DNA from: Geosiphon pyriformis uo1
Lineage: Eukaryota; Fungi; Glomeromycota
Length of the DNA stretch: 64,000 nt
Direction of reading: 5' to 3'
Assembly (NCBI GenBank): GCA_016748015.1
Contig: JAAOMT010000627.1
Coordinates: 434,001 to 498,000 of the forward strand
Shown: positions 36,810 to 51,115 of the stretch, piece after piece
Layout of the letters: the number at the start of each line of letters is the position of its first letter
How positions within the stretch are numbered: position 1 is the first letter of the stretch
Notes under the pieces: model-generated
Databases searched by the model: none
Seen by the model: only the letters and a program-made list of their open reading frames with translations
Told to the model about the DNA's origin: nothing
Translations under genes and position numbers: made by a program

Positions 36810-37382
36810 TTACCCTGTGGGGAAGAAAGTGACAAATAGAACTCTTAGGGTTCGACTACAATTTTCCAACGCATTGCCAGCCCAGCCTTTTTTGTATTTC
36901 AAGGACTAGGGATATTTGAAATTGCATCAAGGGTCTGGCTAGTATAACAAGAACATTCGCCACCATCTTTCGTCATTGATTTTTAAAATCTCGGAAATAT
37001 GATCAACATCATTTGAAGGTGTGTCGTTAATTAGCCTCTTTGTAGTCAGGAGAGAGGAATATTCATCCACCTAAAAAAAAACAAATGCGACTGATCCCTA
37101 GCACGAATATTCTTGACGCATTTTATAATACAAGCAACTACTCATTTAATTTCGGCAATTTTCATTTTTCTTGCAATAGGCAGCTTTATAAGAATTTTAC
37201 CAATCATGGACTCTATGATGTATTCTGAATCATTTACCAAAGTAAAGCCTTAATCTGTAAGTCCTCCAGAATTAAAAGCCCCTGTACATTTTTCAATGCT
37301 TTAACTCCTCAAATATTTCAAAAAAAAGTATACTTGTTCTTTCATTGATTAAATATGGTCGATGCCCAAATTCATGGCTTTC

Positions 37383-38678
37383 TCAATCACCGCTTGCCTG
37401 AATCTCGGCTTTCACGACTAGTCTATTTTTCGATTTTATAAATTTGGCCTTTGCTGTTGAGATATCAACAGTAAATGGCAAACTTTTATCCAGCTGATAA
37501 TATGAAGGAGCATAGAATATAACTCGAGACGATTCTATTTCTAATGTTGAGCTTGAAATTGATTGCTAACAATTTAAAATTAAAAAAATTCGTTAGAACA
37601 AGGATTATCATAAGCTATTTTATTAATGTGTCATCAATCGAATTTACCATAGCTGGAATTTCAATGAAAATGAATGCGAGGGTTTTCCCGTTGATTTTTC
37701 GCTCTAAGAAGGAAACTGCTGGCTCAGGAGAGGAAGTCCCCATTTCCTTAATTTCAGTAATCATGGGTGATGGGCGATGAGATTCCGAAGATTTTGCTTT
37801 AACAGATTGAGTGGAAACCTCCTTAATAAAAGAAGGCTTCTTTTTCTCAAAATGAAGTGTAAAAATTTCCAGTTGGCCTTTGCATCGAGATTTGGGGAAT
37901 GAAATATCTAATTTTCGTTTCAAAGTTTATAACTTAAGTTAGAGGATTAAAAATTTAACCCGAACCAAGAAAAATTAAATACATACTACGATCAAGCTGA
38001 AGGCCATGCTTTTCCTCAATATGTTCGATTGCGAGTTCAGTAACAAAAATCTTAAAGTCCGAATCCACTGTGGTTTTTTTGTATGGCTTCGTGTTCAACG
38101 CAGCATCACAAACGAGATAATCGTTTCCGCCTTTCATATATACTTAAACAGTCAGTCTGAAGGATTGTTTGTAAATATAGGCTTAGGAATACTCGCCTCA
38201 ACAAACCTCTATCTTTATCTTTCTTAAGACTACCAATCATGAAAGGTATTTGATATGTTACACCCTGTTCTGCATTCAAAGCAGATATGATTTCTTTCTC
38301 AGTTGCTGCTGGAGGTTCAGGAACCTTATCCGAATAGCAAACATTGATGAGGAATTTTAAACCGGCTGGAAATTGGTCCGTTTCCGCCTTTGAAACGCTA
38401 GTTTTCACTACATATCCTGGTTTAGGCTCGAATTTTAGGACTCCCTTCTCCTGCTCAGTAGTGTTTTTTTTCAGCTGTACTCCTAATGATTCTGGATTTT
38501 GAGAAATTTGTGCAGAAAGCTCTTCCCAAAGACGAGCTTCTTCTGACAGTTTGGTTTCAGATTCTTTCAAAGAGTGAGCTTTGAGATCAAATAACGAAGG
38601 TAAAGACGTTGATTCAGTGTTATCAAAATCTAAATCTAGTTTCGACGTTTTAATATTCATAGTTCTTGTGAAGGTCAT
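37383..38678 (-). CDS. PIH1: PIH1/Nop17 domain protein (R2TP-type co-chaperone) with C-terminal CS-like domain
   Basis: Exons 38678-38207, 38130-37987, 37907-37648, 37565-37383 with GT-AG introns in phase. Motifs EPKPGYVVKT, KFLINVC, YQIP, VCD, ELAIEHIE. The start ATG could be a few codons downstream. Confidence 0.85.
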
Positions 38679-38989
38679 AATGGGTACCGTTTGATTGGGT
38701 ATTGTTTACCCTAGATACCCTCATTCTACTTCAAAATGTTAGTTTACAGAATTTTAAGACAAATTTGTTATATATTCATATTGTTTATAATTAGAAAAGT
38801 TTATTATGTGGTTTGTTTTCTAATAATTACATATCTATTTTGTAAACATCTTATTTATTTTATGATTTTTATATTTATTTTAGTTTTTTTAATTACTATA
38901 TTTGTTTTAAATATTCAGAATTTTTGAATTATTTATTAATAATTTAAGTTTATAATTTTTAAAATCATGTTTTTTTTCATTATAATTTT

Positions 38990-40790
38990 TAATCAAAACC
39001 AAATTTCTGAAAAAGCTGTATTTCAAAAAAAAAGTTTGTTGTTAAAGAAATAGTTTTTCTTATTTTTTTTTCCTTTTTTTTTGGTTATTTTATTTAACAC
39101 ACTTTTTTTCATTGTAATAAAACTAGTAAACTCTTTTACTGATGGTTTTGGTTCTGGTTTGGCTAGTTTAAAGACTTATTTAGGCACTAAAAAGAAATAT
39201 ATAGAGAATATTTACTCTTATGATATATTTTATAAAAAGCCAAAAAAATTTGATGCTAGTTGTAATATAATTAATTCATCTGCTGGTTTTTGAGTTTGGA
39301 AAATATTGAGAGCTCTAATATGAAACTTATAATATCTTAAAAAAGCAAAATAGATAATAAAGCAATTAATATTAACAATTTGTTAAACATAGAGAATATA
39401 AAAAATATACTTATTAAAAATACTAATTATACAGATTTAGATATTTTAATAATTAATAAAAATATGAACAATATTATACTTAAAAAGACTTGTACTTAAA
39501 TATATATATTGAATTATCTGTTAAAAGTTTTTTTATTTGATATTTAAGTAATAATAATAATATTTTAATGTTTTTATTACTTAAATTTATTGGCTTTAAG
39601 CAATTGTTGTTGGTTAAATTATATGTTTTAAATAAATAAAATTTTAATTTAATAAAATTTTTCATGTTAAACATTGAATTATTTGTTGTATTTGACAAAA
39701 CTTTTAGCAATAAGCTAATAATTATAAAAAAAATTTTTTATCATATTAATGATTTTAAAAAAACATTAACTCTTTTAAAATTCTCAAAAATCATTAAATT
39801 ATTTTTTATATCTGAATTTAGTTTTAAAAAGATTAAAAAAATGGTTATTAATAAGAAAATTATAATAAATAATAATAATAAAAAGATAAATATTCATACA
39901 GATTAAGAAATAATTATCAAAAAAAATTTTATCAATTTTTCTAAATTGGCTATAATATTGGTTTTTTTTAAATTTAATAAAATTATATTAATTAAGATAC
40001 AGCTTATTGATCTTTAATAAAAAACTCTAATTGAATTTAAATCTGCTAAAATTACCAATTTAATTACAATTAAATAATTAGTTTTTATAAGAAAAAATTT
40101 TGTGTATGTAGTTAAAACTGTTAATAATAAACAAATATGGATCTTTAAAAATTATTATTGAATCTTATTATACATATTGTTAGTTAATATAAGTGTTTAT
40201 AATTTCTCTAAGCTGTTAATATTTTATGATAAAAAAATTTGTTTTATTAATTGTAATTCAAGTACATATAAGCAGAACAAATGTATTGTTATTTGTTTTG
40301 CTAATAAAACATTAAAAAAGACTGTTATTAATTTTATTTTAGTTTTTATATATGTAAACTTGCACTAAATTAGTCTGTTCTTGGCTGTTTATGCTTAATG
40401 TAAACAATTTAATCATATTTTAAATATGTGTTTATCTGATAAAAATTCAGGTAATTGTAATAAAAAATTAGTTATCTTCTAAAATCAAATATATTTGGTT
40501 AACATATATAAAAAGAAACAGACACCAATTGCTTATTTAGTTTTTTTTGGTAGCAAAACATAAGTAGAAGTTGTTAGTAGTCTTTTATTTTTTTTTTGTA
40601 TAATAGTTTTCTGAAAATTGGTTTTTTTTGGAAATAAAGTTTTTTTTGTTAATTATAATAGAAGTATATAATAAGTTTACTATTTTTAAGTACAGTCTTA
40701 TTAATTTCAAAAAGTAATTTAGTAAGTTGACTAAAAATTTGGATATATTTGAACTAATAATTTTTTAATCAAGCTCTAAATATTAGTTAT
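38990..40790 (+). mobile_element. Decayed LINE ORF1 fragment
   Basis: Translated pieces (ORFs 39081, 39664, 40177) resemble ORF1 of the LINE copies at 32322-34194 and 42120-43976. Ends at an LTR. Confidence 0.6.
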
Positions 40791-41654
40791 TGTTATAATT
40801 TAAAAATTTAGCAAAAGAATTATAAAATAATATAAATTATTCAATCATAATATAGCACAATAATAATTTTAGAAAGATAATGATTAACATAATAGCAAGT
40901 ACCATCTTGCAATAATAGCAAGCACTAGTTTACAATAGTGACCAACATCAACTGATCATAATGGTAAACACCAGATTGAAATACCAAAAAAAAAGTATTA
41001 TAATGTGTTTTTTCATAAAACTACAAACATATATATATATATAATAGCTTTAATATTAAGAAAAACAACAAAATCATAAAACAAATCATAAAAACAAGTT
41101 TATTTAACAGTTTTATTTTAATTATCTTCTAATTTTTATTTTAAAAATAAATATTCACAAAAATAAATATTCAAAAACAAATAAAAAAAAAATTAAAAAC
41201 TAAATAATCACAATTTAAAGTATTAAAAAACTTATTTGTATTATTTATTGAATAAAACTATTATTTATTAACTGAATTTCTTGAAAAAATAATCCTTAAT
41301 TAAGATTATTTATGTTGTTACTAATTGATAAAAGCTTTATTGTAAAAATTAAGAAAAGTACTAAAGGCCATTAACATTCCATGTTTCTAGATTAAAAAAA
41401 CACATTAAACAATTGTAAGAATAGTTTTAGAGAAGACTTCAAACAGTAGATAAATTTCAGTTTAATCTTTGAAAAGAAGTACATAAATATACACAACAAT
41501 TAGGAATTGAAAAATAACTTATATTATAATATTAAAGAGAAAGTCTTTAGTATAACAGTAATATTATCACACAAATAGAATTAAGGAACTCATAAAAGAC
41601 TAATTGCAATTAAAACAAAATATTGGCAATTAAATATACCAAAAAAATTATTTC
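40791..41654 (+). mobile_element. Isolated LTR related to element B LTRs (3' terminus clipped)
   Basis: Begins TGTTATAATTT and aligns along its length to the sense strand of B's LTR. Lacks the last few bp and has no TSD pair. Confidence 0.8.
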
Positions 41655-44000
41655 AGACTTATTTTTATTGAAATCTCCACCCAAAACCACAAAAGTGCTA
41701 AAGTTAATAGCTTTGGCAATAAAAAAGTTAATTATTGAAGTCTAATCAAATCTAGCTTCAGTGAAAACACCAGCATATAAACCTAAAATTGTAACTAAAA
41801 GCTTGCCCTTAAAGAGAAGTTGCACTAAAATAACACAATTAAGAATCTTTTTTATCTTAGAAACATAACAAGCCAATAAATCATTCATAATAATAGCAAC
41901 CCCGATACCAAGAAAATTTTTTCCAAACCAGATGTAAAAATTTGTACTCACTTAAACTTATTTGCAATCCAAAGTTTAATATTAGACTTCAACTTTGTTT
42001 TTGTTATAAAAAAACCATGATATTTAAATCTAAATACCAATAAACAATGTCTTTCTGCTTAACAGAAACATTTAAACCTCTAATATTACAAGTAGTAAAT
42101 TTCCATACCAGATTTGTTATTAAGAAAAAAAATCTTTTACACTTAAGCTAAAATTGTCTGCTTTGGCCATTAGATCTATAATAATAACCAACAAATTGTT
42201 CATGTTTTTTTCAACTTTAAAACGACTAATTGATCAAAAACTACTACTTTCATAACAGTCTTATTACTAATAGCTGCATTCAAACTCTCACTTATTACTA
42301 TATTTATTCTTTGATTCTGTAATAAAAAAATTATTAACAGCTAATTTTCAGAATTAGGCTGAAAAACTATTGGTTTGAATGTGTCTTATTTCTTAACCAG
42401 CTTATTAACTTGCTCTGTAAGACTGTTAAAACTGTGCTCAAAGGTGGCAAACCTATTATTCATATCTACAAAAACCAGCAAAAAAGGCTTTATCTTTAAA
42501 AAGGAGCCAAAATTTAATAAATTGTTATGCATAAAAAGAAAAGAAAAAGACTTACCAGCAATCTTAGTCCAAAAAATACTACCAAAAGCTATTGGATAAA
42601 CAACAAATACTAAGTGTTTGGCATAAATGATAGCCAATTTGTTTTTATCTAAGTCCAATAATGTCTTATGAGAAAAATGACCAGAAAAAAAATTTTCATT
42701 TACAAAACAGCCTAAAAATATATGACCTAAATTCTCATACTTTGTATATTTGGCAAATTTTAGATAAGACCAATGTAAATTGACATTTCTTAATATTAGT
42801 GTAGTTATCATAACAACATCTAATAATTTGGCAAAGTTAAAACAAACAATTGCATATCTGGCTTAAATATATATAATCAGATAACAATTGATGACACATG
42901 TTTTCTCACCTACCAAAATAATGTAATTCCAAATATTATGTGTATTAATTTCTACTGGCAGAATATATAGCAGTGCCCTATTATAGTTTTTTGTATTTTA
43001 TAATTCTTTGTCTTTATTAGTTTTAGTAATATGTACAGTATCTTTCTCAATTAAAACAAACTATTTAGTTATGACTAAATCAGCATAATCTAATTGCTTA
43101 AATTCTACTACAGTTTTTTGTTATAATTTCACCAATTGCATATTGACTGATTTAATTACTCCAAACTCAGATAGTACAATATATACAGCCTTAGATAATG
43201 TCTTAATTGGAATTTTTTTTACAACCACAGCCCAATCTAAATGTTTAGCAGATTTTTTGAGATTGGTATTTACTAAGATTATCACATTTTTTGCTATATT
43301 AGAAGTTTGAACCAAGCTTAATTCAAAAGTAAACATTGTTTTAATAATTCCAGTAAATTTTAAAAAAATAGAGGCCTCTCCCAAAACCATTGATTTTTGA
43401 AAACAATTTTTTAATTATTGTTAGCTTTTTCTAAGATAATTTCCTAACAACTTTATTCAGTTCAATATTTATAGTAAAAAATTTTCTAATAGAAATATTG
43501 GCCAAGTTTTTTAAAGAAAGAAAAAATATCAGAAGAACATTTAATAATATATCATCATCATTATTACTCAAAAAATCAATTTTTCTCAATGCTTTTTTGG
43601 TCTGTATTAATAAATTTTTAGATGTTTAATTAAAATCTCTTTCAGCAAAAACACCACCTTTATTATAATTAAAGCTGGTCTCTTTAATTAAACACTTCTC
43701 TTTTATGTTAATACTGTCAGATTTAGTAGTATCACCAGTCTTAGAACTTTATAAATGATCACTTAATTTCTTAGCAAAAATTTTTCTGTTATTGACATTA
43801 TCTTTTAAAGCATCTTCTTTTTTTTTCTTTCTAAAAAAAGCAGGTTTAACACTAATACTAGAGCCAGAATCTTTAAGAGTCTTTTTTATAATAGCAATAT
43901 TAAGACCAACAGTGGTCTTATAATTAAGCAAAAACAGTTTGAATTTATTGTACTGAATGTTAAAAACTTCTTTCAAAAAACTTTTTGACTTTTTTTGAAA
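41655..44000 (-). mobile_element. LINE 5' fragment (ORF1 and start of APE endonuclease)
   Basis: ORF1 pieces 43976-42120, then WKFTTCNIRG (~42100) and VVLGGDFN (~41680). Truncated at the LTR. Confidence 0.8.
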
Positions 44001-44199
44001 ATTTAGGATAAAAAAGAGAAAAAAGTTTTTATATTTAGTTTTATAACTTAAAAAACTATTATATTAATTATTTTTAATAATTTAAATAATAATTAAACCT
44101 TTTTTTTTTAAATTAAATAAATTATAAATTTTAATTATAATTACAATTAAAAAAAATAGATTTTTAATTTTATTAAATATTTTATTTTAAATATTAATA

Positions 44200-44760
44200 T
44201 TTTTTTTATTAATATTTAATGAGTATAACTTAATTATTATTTAGTATACAAAAACTAACTAAGTAAATCTAACTAAATATAGTTTATATATTTATTATAT
44301 ATAATTAGTTACTTAAGTCAATTAAAACAATACTATGTATTTATATAAATCTTTATATTATCACTAATACTTAAAAAAAATAAGTCTTATATAGTCTAAA
44401 ACTAATAATAAATAACTTAATAATATTAAGTAAACAAATAATTTTTACTAATATAAAACTAGATAAATTATAAAAAACTATAAACAATTTCTATATTACC
44501 AATTAGACTACTTTTTTTATGTCTATTTTAAACTTTAATCTAAATAACTATAATTTATTATAATGTTTTTTAACCAATTAACAAACAAAATTAACTATTA
44601 ATATAGTTTTTTTTCTATTATCAAAAATTAAAACTGTCTTATTAGTTTAGTTTTTAAAAACAAAACTTTTGTACAAGATTGTATAAATACCAATAGCTAA
44701 AATTTTCAATAAAAAAATATATAATACCAAGGATAAAAAGAGAAAACAACTTCCTATTAA
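44200..44760 (-). mobile_element. 5'-truncated LINE 3' end
   Basis: T-tract 44200-44207, eroded family 3' UTR and ORF2 C-terminus (LYKSFVF, ~44660). Confidence 0.65.
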
Positions 44761-45504
44761 TATTAATATTTTAATTATTACTGCAAAAAAAGTTAAATTT
44801 TATTAAAAAGCTTTTTTATTAAATAAATAATTTTATTTTAAAATTTAAAAATATTAAGAACATTAAATTTAAAATATTTTTAGTCAAAAGACCAACAAAT
44901 AAGTTGATTATACTAGTATTTACAACTTGTTTTTTTGCTTTTTTATTAGTATAACCAAAGTTAAGAATTAAAAAAAACTGAATTTTTTTGTATTTAAGTA
45001 AATTTTTGTACTTATTTTGTCTGTATTTATATTAGTAACTAATTTTATAAGTATTAAAAAAAGATTATTAACAGAAATAGTTTAATAAAAAATAATATAA
45101 GAAAAAAAAAGATATAATATTTTAGTTATTTTGCTATGGCCAAAAAGATTTTTTAACAGAAATTAAACATATATTTTAAAAAAATAATATAAAAACATAT
45201 TTTTAAGAATATAAATTTAATGATTATTTATTTTTTTATTGATTTAACTTTGATTTGTTATTATAAAGCTGTATAATAATTATTTTAATTCAAAAAATAC
45301 ATATGGATTTACTTTTACAAAAAAAAGTTTTTAAAAGTATTACCATTAAAGAAAGTTATAAAATATTTATGTATTAATTAATAAAATAATATTTTCCTGT
45401 ATCCAATCATATGATTTTTTATATATATATGGTCTGTTTATTAGAAACGAGAACAACGCCAAAAATTATATTTCCCTCGCACTAGCTTGAGCCATATCGT
45501 AATA

Positions 45505-48500
45505 ATGGGGCTGCCAAATCTCGTTGTTGTATATTTCAAACGCACAGAACGCATTGCTCTCACACGTATACTTCGTGAATACATTCAGTTTTCATACTCT
45601 GAACATCCTGACGCCTATACTGATGACTTCCGTGTCCTCGATGAGTTAAGAGGCGATTGTGTGAATTTGGAAGTGCATCACAATGCTTTGAACCGACTTC
45701 TTAAGTAAGTTCTTTTAAACTTTCATGATCGATTTATCACTAATTTCATAATTTAATTTTTTTCTCAACTTAGATATTATGGACAATTGGTTTTTATAGG
45801 CTCGAAATTCCCTATTGACGTAGGTTCGACCTCGACAGATAGCATATTCGAGGTAGTTATGCTCTTCTTTTCATCTAGGTTGCTCTCCATCTTTTAGGTG
45901 GGAATCGAATTTCCTTGGTCACTTGCTTTTTCCGAGGACAAAAGGCTTAGTATGTTCTCGTGCATACGTTGATATCAAACACTCCCAAATCAAGGTTTTA
46001 ACTTTCCTTCTTTCAGTTGCCCATAGAAATTTCTTTTACGAGAAAGCATGTGTTCTCTTCAACATTGGGGCTATGTACAGCCAACTAGGAGTTGCCGAAA
46101 ATAGATTTACTGCCGCTGGCGTCAAAAAAGCTAGTCAGCACTTTCAGGTGATTTCTGTAAATTTTTGCCTCATAAATTATTCCATTTATTTTAAAACTTT
46201 TCTAATCCCTCTTAAAGTGTGCAGCTGGTTGTTTTACCTATTTGAATGAAGTGATCATACCGGAAATGAGAATTCCACCTACGGTAGACATGTCTATAAC
46301 TACATTAAATGTATTAAGAAATGTTATGTTGGCACAAGCACAAGAATGTTTTTGGCAAAAGGCTGTAAATGGTTAGTAGACTATCGAGCAACATATTATC
46401 TATTTTCCTTGTACTTTTTCAATCAAAAGTTTCAATGTCACAATAGACAAGATGAAAGATGGGACCATCGCAAAATTGGCCGGTCAGGTTGCTGATTTTT
46501 ACGAGACCGCCCATGAGCTGAGCGTCAATGATTCAAATGTTTCTCAATTATTAGGGCAGGTTAGTGGATGAATTACTTAATTAATTTTCAAATTCATAGT
46601 TACAGTTTTTATATTGCAATTAATCATTCGATTTATTACAGCAATTTATCACACATCTTCAAGGTAAATCTTGGCATTTTCTAGCCGGCTCTGAATTTCG
46701 GAAGTCATCAGAAAATATCAGTCAAAATAAATATGGAGATGAGATTGCAAGATTAAAAGTAGCCGAATCTCTGATAAAAAGAGCATTGGGCCTCCAGAAA
46801 AATTTACGAGACTCGGTCATTAACGATTTGAAGGTCCCTATATAATAGCTTTTCTATTTCGTTCAATATTAAATAACTTTAAATTTTGCTTGGCCCTTCA
46901 GTTTAACCATAAAATTTATTTTAGTCATTAGAAAAACCCATTAACGATAACCTTGTTCGCGCTGAGAAGGATAATGATCTCATATATCTTCACTCTATTC
47001 CCTCTGCGTCCTCATTACCTCCAATTGGGCGTGCCAAGATGGTAGAAGCCACTGTTCCACCAGAGGTCAAGGATCCAATTTCACTGATGAATGAGAGATC
47101 AATATTGGGTGAACCTTTATTTGTACAACTTGTACCTTTTGCAGTGCATCAGGCTATCAGCGTCTATTTTGATCGCAAAGATACCTTGGTGAGGGAAATT
47201 ATTGGTCGCCTTTTGGAACTGACAAATACCTGCAAAAGGTAATTATCAGATTCCTGTTTTTTCCTTACTGCTTCTGAAAAGAGGGTATATCTCTTCATTC
47301 CTTTATTTTTTTAGCACACTCCAATCTCTGAAATTGCAAGGTGCTCTTGAGGCTCTAGAAGAACCCGTAGGCTTACCACCTACTTTAATCCAAAAATCCA
47401 ATGAGGTACGGCAAGCTGGTGGATTAGAAGTCTTAAAAGAGAAGCTTGAGAGAGTGCAAGAACTAGAGCACAACGATACTACTATCCTGGAGGAGGTAAA
47501 TTAATGATGCCCTACAAACGTTGATTAGATGAATTCTAATATATTATACTGTGCCAGGCTTTTGCTTTATTAGACCAAGAAATAGCAGAGGATGAAGAAA
47601 TACGAGAAAAGTATGCAGAAAAATGGCAGCTTCCTCCATCTGATTCTGTAAATCAAGAACTTGTACAGCAAGGTGTCAAGTATCGCGATGTCCTAAATGC
47701 TGCGCGTAATGGTGATCATATAATTGCGCGTAAACTAGAGGATTGGTCAACAATTATTGAATTGCTCAATGCTAGCCAGGTATCTAGTATATCGATTTTT
47801 CAAAAACAGGGTTAAACAGATGCCCTATTCTAACAGTTATATATGGAATTTGTAAACGATTTTTTAAGGATAAATTACTGCGTGCAGTGCCTGCAAGCAC
47901 ACAGACCTATGATGATTCTAATTCTTGCGTGAGTCAACTTCGTGGTTTATACAATCAAGCCCAGCGTTTAATGAATGATCGGGAGGAACGAATTGCAGAA
48001 GTGCAGAAATTTGGAAATTCTGATGATATAGGTAATTAATATTGAACGTGTAAAGATTTGAATCGACGGAACGTTTATAAACCCCTAATATTCATGTAAT
48101 TCAGGGCCTGATCTTCGGAAAGAAGCCGCCAAAATCACGGCAAAGGGCATAGGAGTCAAGATCGAATCTGCGCACTTTGAAGACTTTTTCGCTCAACATT
48201 TGAATAAATATGATCCCTATTTACAGCTAGTGAAATCAGAGACTGACACTCAAGAGAAACTTATAACTTCAATAGTAGTAAGTTCAGCTATAAGTTATCA
48301 TTGCCATTCTCTTCAGTTCCTTTTAATAAATTTCGAAATTTTTATATAGGAAATAAATCAGCGGCTTTTGGAAACACGTCAACGATCAGATGCCGCCAAT
48401 TTAGGACGTATAAAAGCTGTGCAAAACTTGGAGATCGGATATGAAAAATTCAAAGAAATTTTAAAAAACTTAAGAGAAGGAGAACAGGTGCGAATAGCAT

Positions 48501-49057
48501 GATTTATAAGAAGAATTTTAACGAACATAAGAGCTTAAAAACTATCTTATTTTTTAGTTTTACCGATCATTCGGAACTACGCTAATCAAATGGAAAAATG
48601 ATTGCAAAACTTTTGTCGAATCCCGGCGGCATTATTCCCAAAATCATCTTGAGTAAGTTTATTTCAAGCTTAATTTACTTATCCAGTCACAGAAACTATT
48701 ACTGATATCTCGCTGGACCTTAGGCAATTGACCAAAACTTTTTCTGGAATGAGTATTTCAAATCCGCAACCATCTGCTCCTCCAGCATCACAGATTCCTC
48801 AATCTCACGACAGATTGAATAATTCAAATGAGTTGTGGAACAATGGTGTGGGTTTAGCTGTAAATTATGAAGAGCCTTCTCAATCAATGCTTTCATCTTC
48901 CCCTCATCCATCATCCCCTGTTCATCCAATTTGGACAAAAGGTATGCCTGTCTCCTTCGTATCTTCATCTGGACAACGATCGCCAACTACTCCAAATCAA
49001 ACTAGAGGAGCTACATGGACTAGGGGACGGGGCATCCATTTTAATGGGCGGAATTAA
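45505..49057 (+). CDS. palA: BRO1/ALIX-family pH-response protein PalA/Rim20 (multi-exon)
   Basis: Bro1-domain motifs YYGQL...[53 protein letters not shown]-domain-like helices, Pro/Ser-rich tail ending W..GRGIHF. More than a dozen short GT-AG introns. Confidence 0.88.
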
Positions 49058-50099
49058 TAAGCAAATATCCACCCTTATTGGATATAATATTGGAAAAGTT
49101 TACACTAATTCAAATCAAGATTTAAACTCCCGAAAATTACTGATAAAGAAATAGGCTAATTAACTTAAAGGACAGCCGGACGCAGTTGAAATGTCAAAAA
49201 AAAAGTCAACCTTTATAATATTTTCTCTAACTATATAAAAATATTTTTCAAGAGTATTCAAGTGTTATAATATTTGAATAATGTTAATATGAAATTACGA
49301 ATATTTGATAAAGAGTTAGAAATATAAATAAAAATTTTACTTTACATTAATAATTGTTTATTTTTTTGTTGTTTGTTTTAATATCAATTAAATTATGGTG
49401 CAATTAAGTATATGTACATATATATACACTTTATATATATTTTTTTATAAATTTTAAAATATGGTTGTAAAACCAAAGCTAATATATATATAAATAATGT
49501 TTTTTGTGTAATTTATACATTAATTTTTTTCTTATTTATATTTTTATATAATAAATTAAACACAAAATTTTTTGTTTTTTTTTAACAATTTTAAAAAACT
49601 CATAAAGTAATAAAAATTATGTATAAAGTAATAAAAATATTAAAAATAAAAAATATATTAGTTTTAATAAATATAAAAAAAGAATTAAATTTTTTATAAT
49701 TATAATTTTGTATTTTAAAAATATAATAATATTATATTTAACACAAAAAAAACTTTTTTGTATTTTAATTTGTTATTATAAAATTATTATATTTATAGTA
49801 AATTTTATGTTTACAATTAAAGAAAAAATTACAATTAAAACAACTTTTGTTATTTTTAATGTATTTAAAAATATTACTATTTAAACAACTTTTTTTACAG
49901 TTAAAATACATAAATAGTATTTTAAAAAAACATTTTTTAAAATAAAACAAATTTAATTTTTTGTTAATTTAAAAACACTATTTTTAACTTTAAATAAAAG
50001 GTTAAATTTTTTTTAAACAGCTTGTAAGAACAGTTTTAATGTAGTTATGATTTTTATTTTTAAGAATTTTAAAGTTTTTAATAATAAGTAAATATTAAA

Positions 50100-50960
50100 G
50101 CTGTTTTTTAATATTATGCTTTTTTTATTTGCTTAAATAATTTACAAAGTCAAACAAATTTTAAAGTTGTCTGTTTTATTACTGCCAAATTTGCTGTTAA
50201 CTTTTTTAAAATATCTGAAAATATGATTTTTTTTGGTGTTTTTTAAAGTATTTTGGTTGTTTTAAAGTTAGCTTTTCTTTTTATAAAAATAAAGCTTTGG
50301 GTTTTTTAGTTTTGTTAGTGTTATTGTTAATATTATTTTATTTGTGTTAATTAAAATGTCTAATTTAATTATAACTATAGACCAATTTTTTTTTTGTTTT
50401 AAATAATAATAATAAATACATATTTATTGGTTTTAATTTTAATTAATATTAAATTATACTATTTAAATTAAATAATTTTGATTAATTATTACTAGTTTTA
50501 AAAACAAAACAAATTATATTTTAGAACATGTTTAATTTTAAGTATTTTATTGGATTATTAAATTATATTTGAATTAATAAAATAAATATTAAAAATACTT
50601 CTTTTTTTATTTTAAAAAGTTTTTGATTTAATAATATTTAAGCTATTATTATAAGTTGTTAAAAGTTTTTTGAATAAATAGCTTCTATTTTAATGCAAAT
50701 ATTTTTGTTAAAATCAAGTTAAATTATGTTAAGTGTTTGTTTTAGTTTTTTTTAAGTATAATTCTTTATAATATTTTTTTAAAAGCTTTTTTTAATAATA
50801 TTAAGACTGTTTTAAATATTTTTAATAAAGTTTTTTTTATTAAATTAAAGTCTATTAACTTGTAATAATATATTGTTATTTGTTTTAAAAACTTTTTTTA
50901 TTGTTATTGTTTTTGTTTGCTAATTTATAATAGTAAAAAAAATAATATTAAAATTTTATT
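50100..50960 (+). mobile_element. Eroded ORF1-type LINE-derived remnant
   Basis: TTACTAGTTTTAAAAACAAAACAA (~50490) matches the reverse complements of ~34760 and ~5190. Boundaries uncertain. Confidence 0.4.
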
Positions 50961-51115
50961 TTTTATTATTATTATTTTTTTATTACAAGTTTAACGAATA
51001 AAGCCCAACTACTATCTAGTACATAGAACCAAACTAAGAGGAACTAATTAAATACAGTTCATTTACTTACTACATGTAACCAGCCATATAGATCAGATAA
51101 GACAACACTATACAT

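Noticed and set aside
36049-49057. UBL3, PIH1 and palA as a functional gene cluster
   Set aside because: They are ordinary conserved eukaryotic genes. UBL3 and PalA both relate to endosomal membranes, but nothing here shows co-regulation or conserved linkage.
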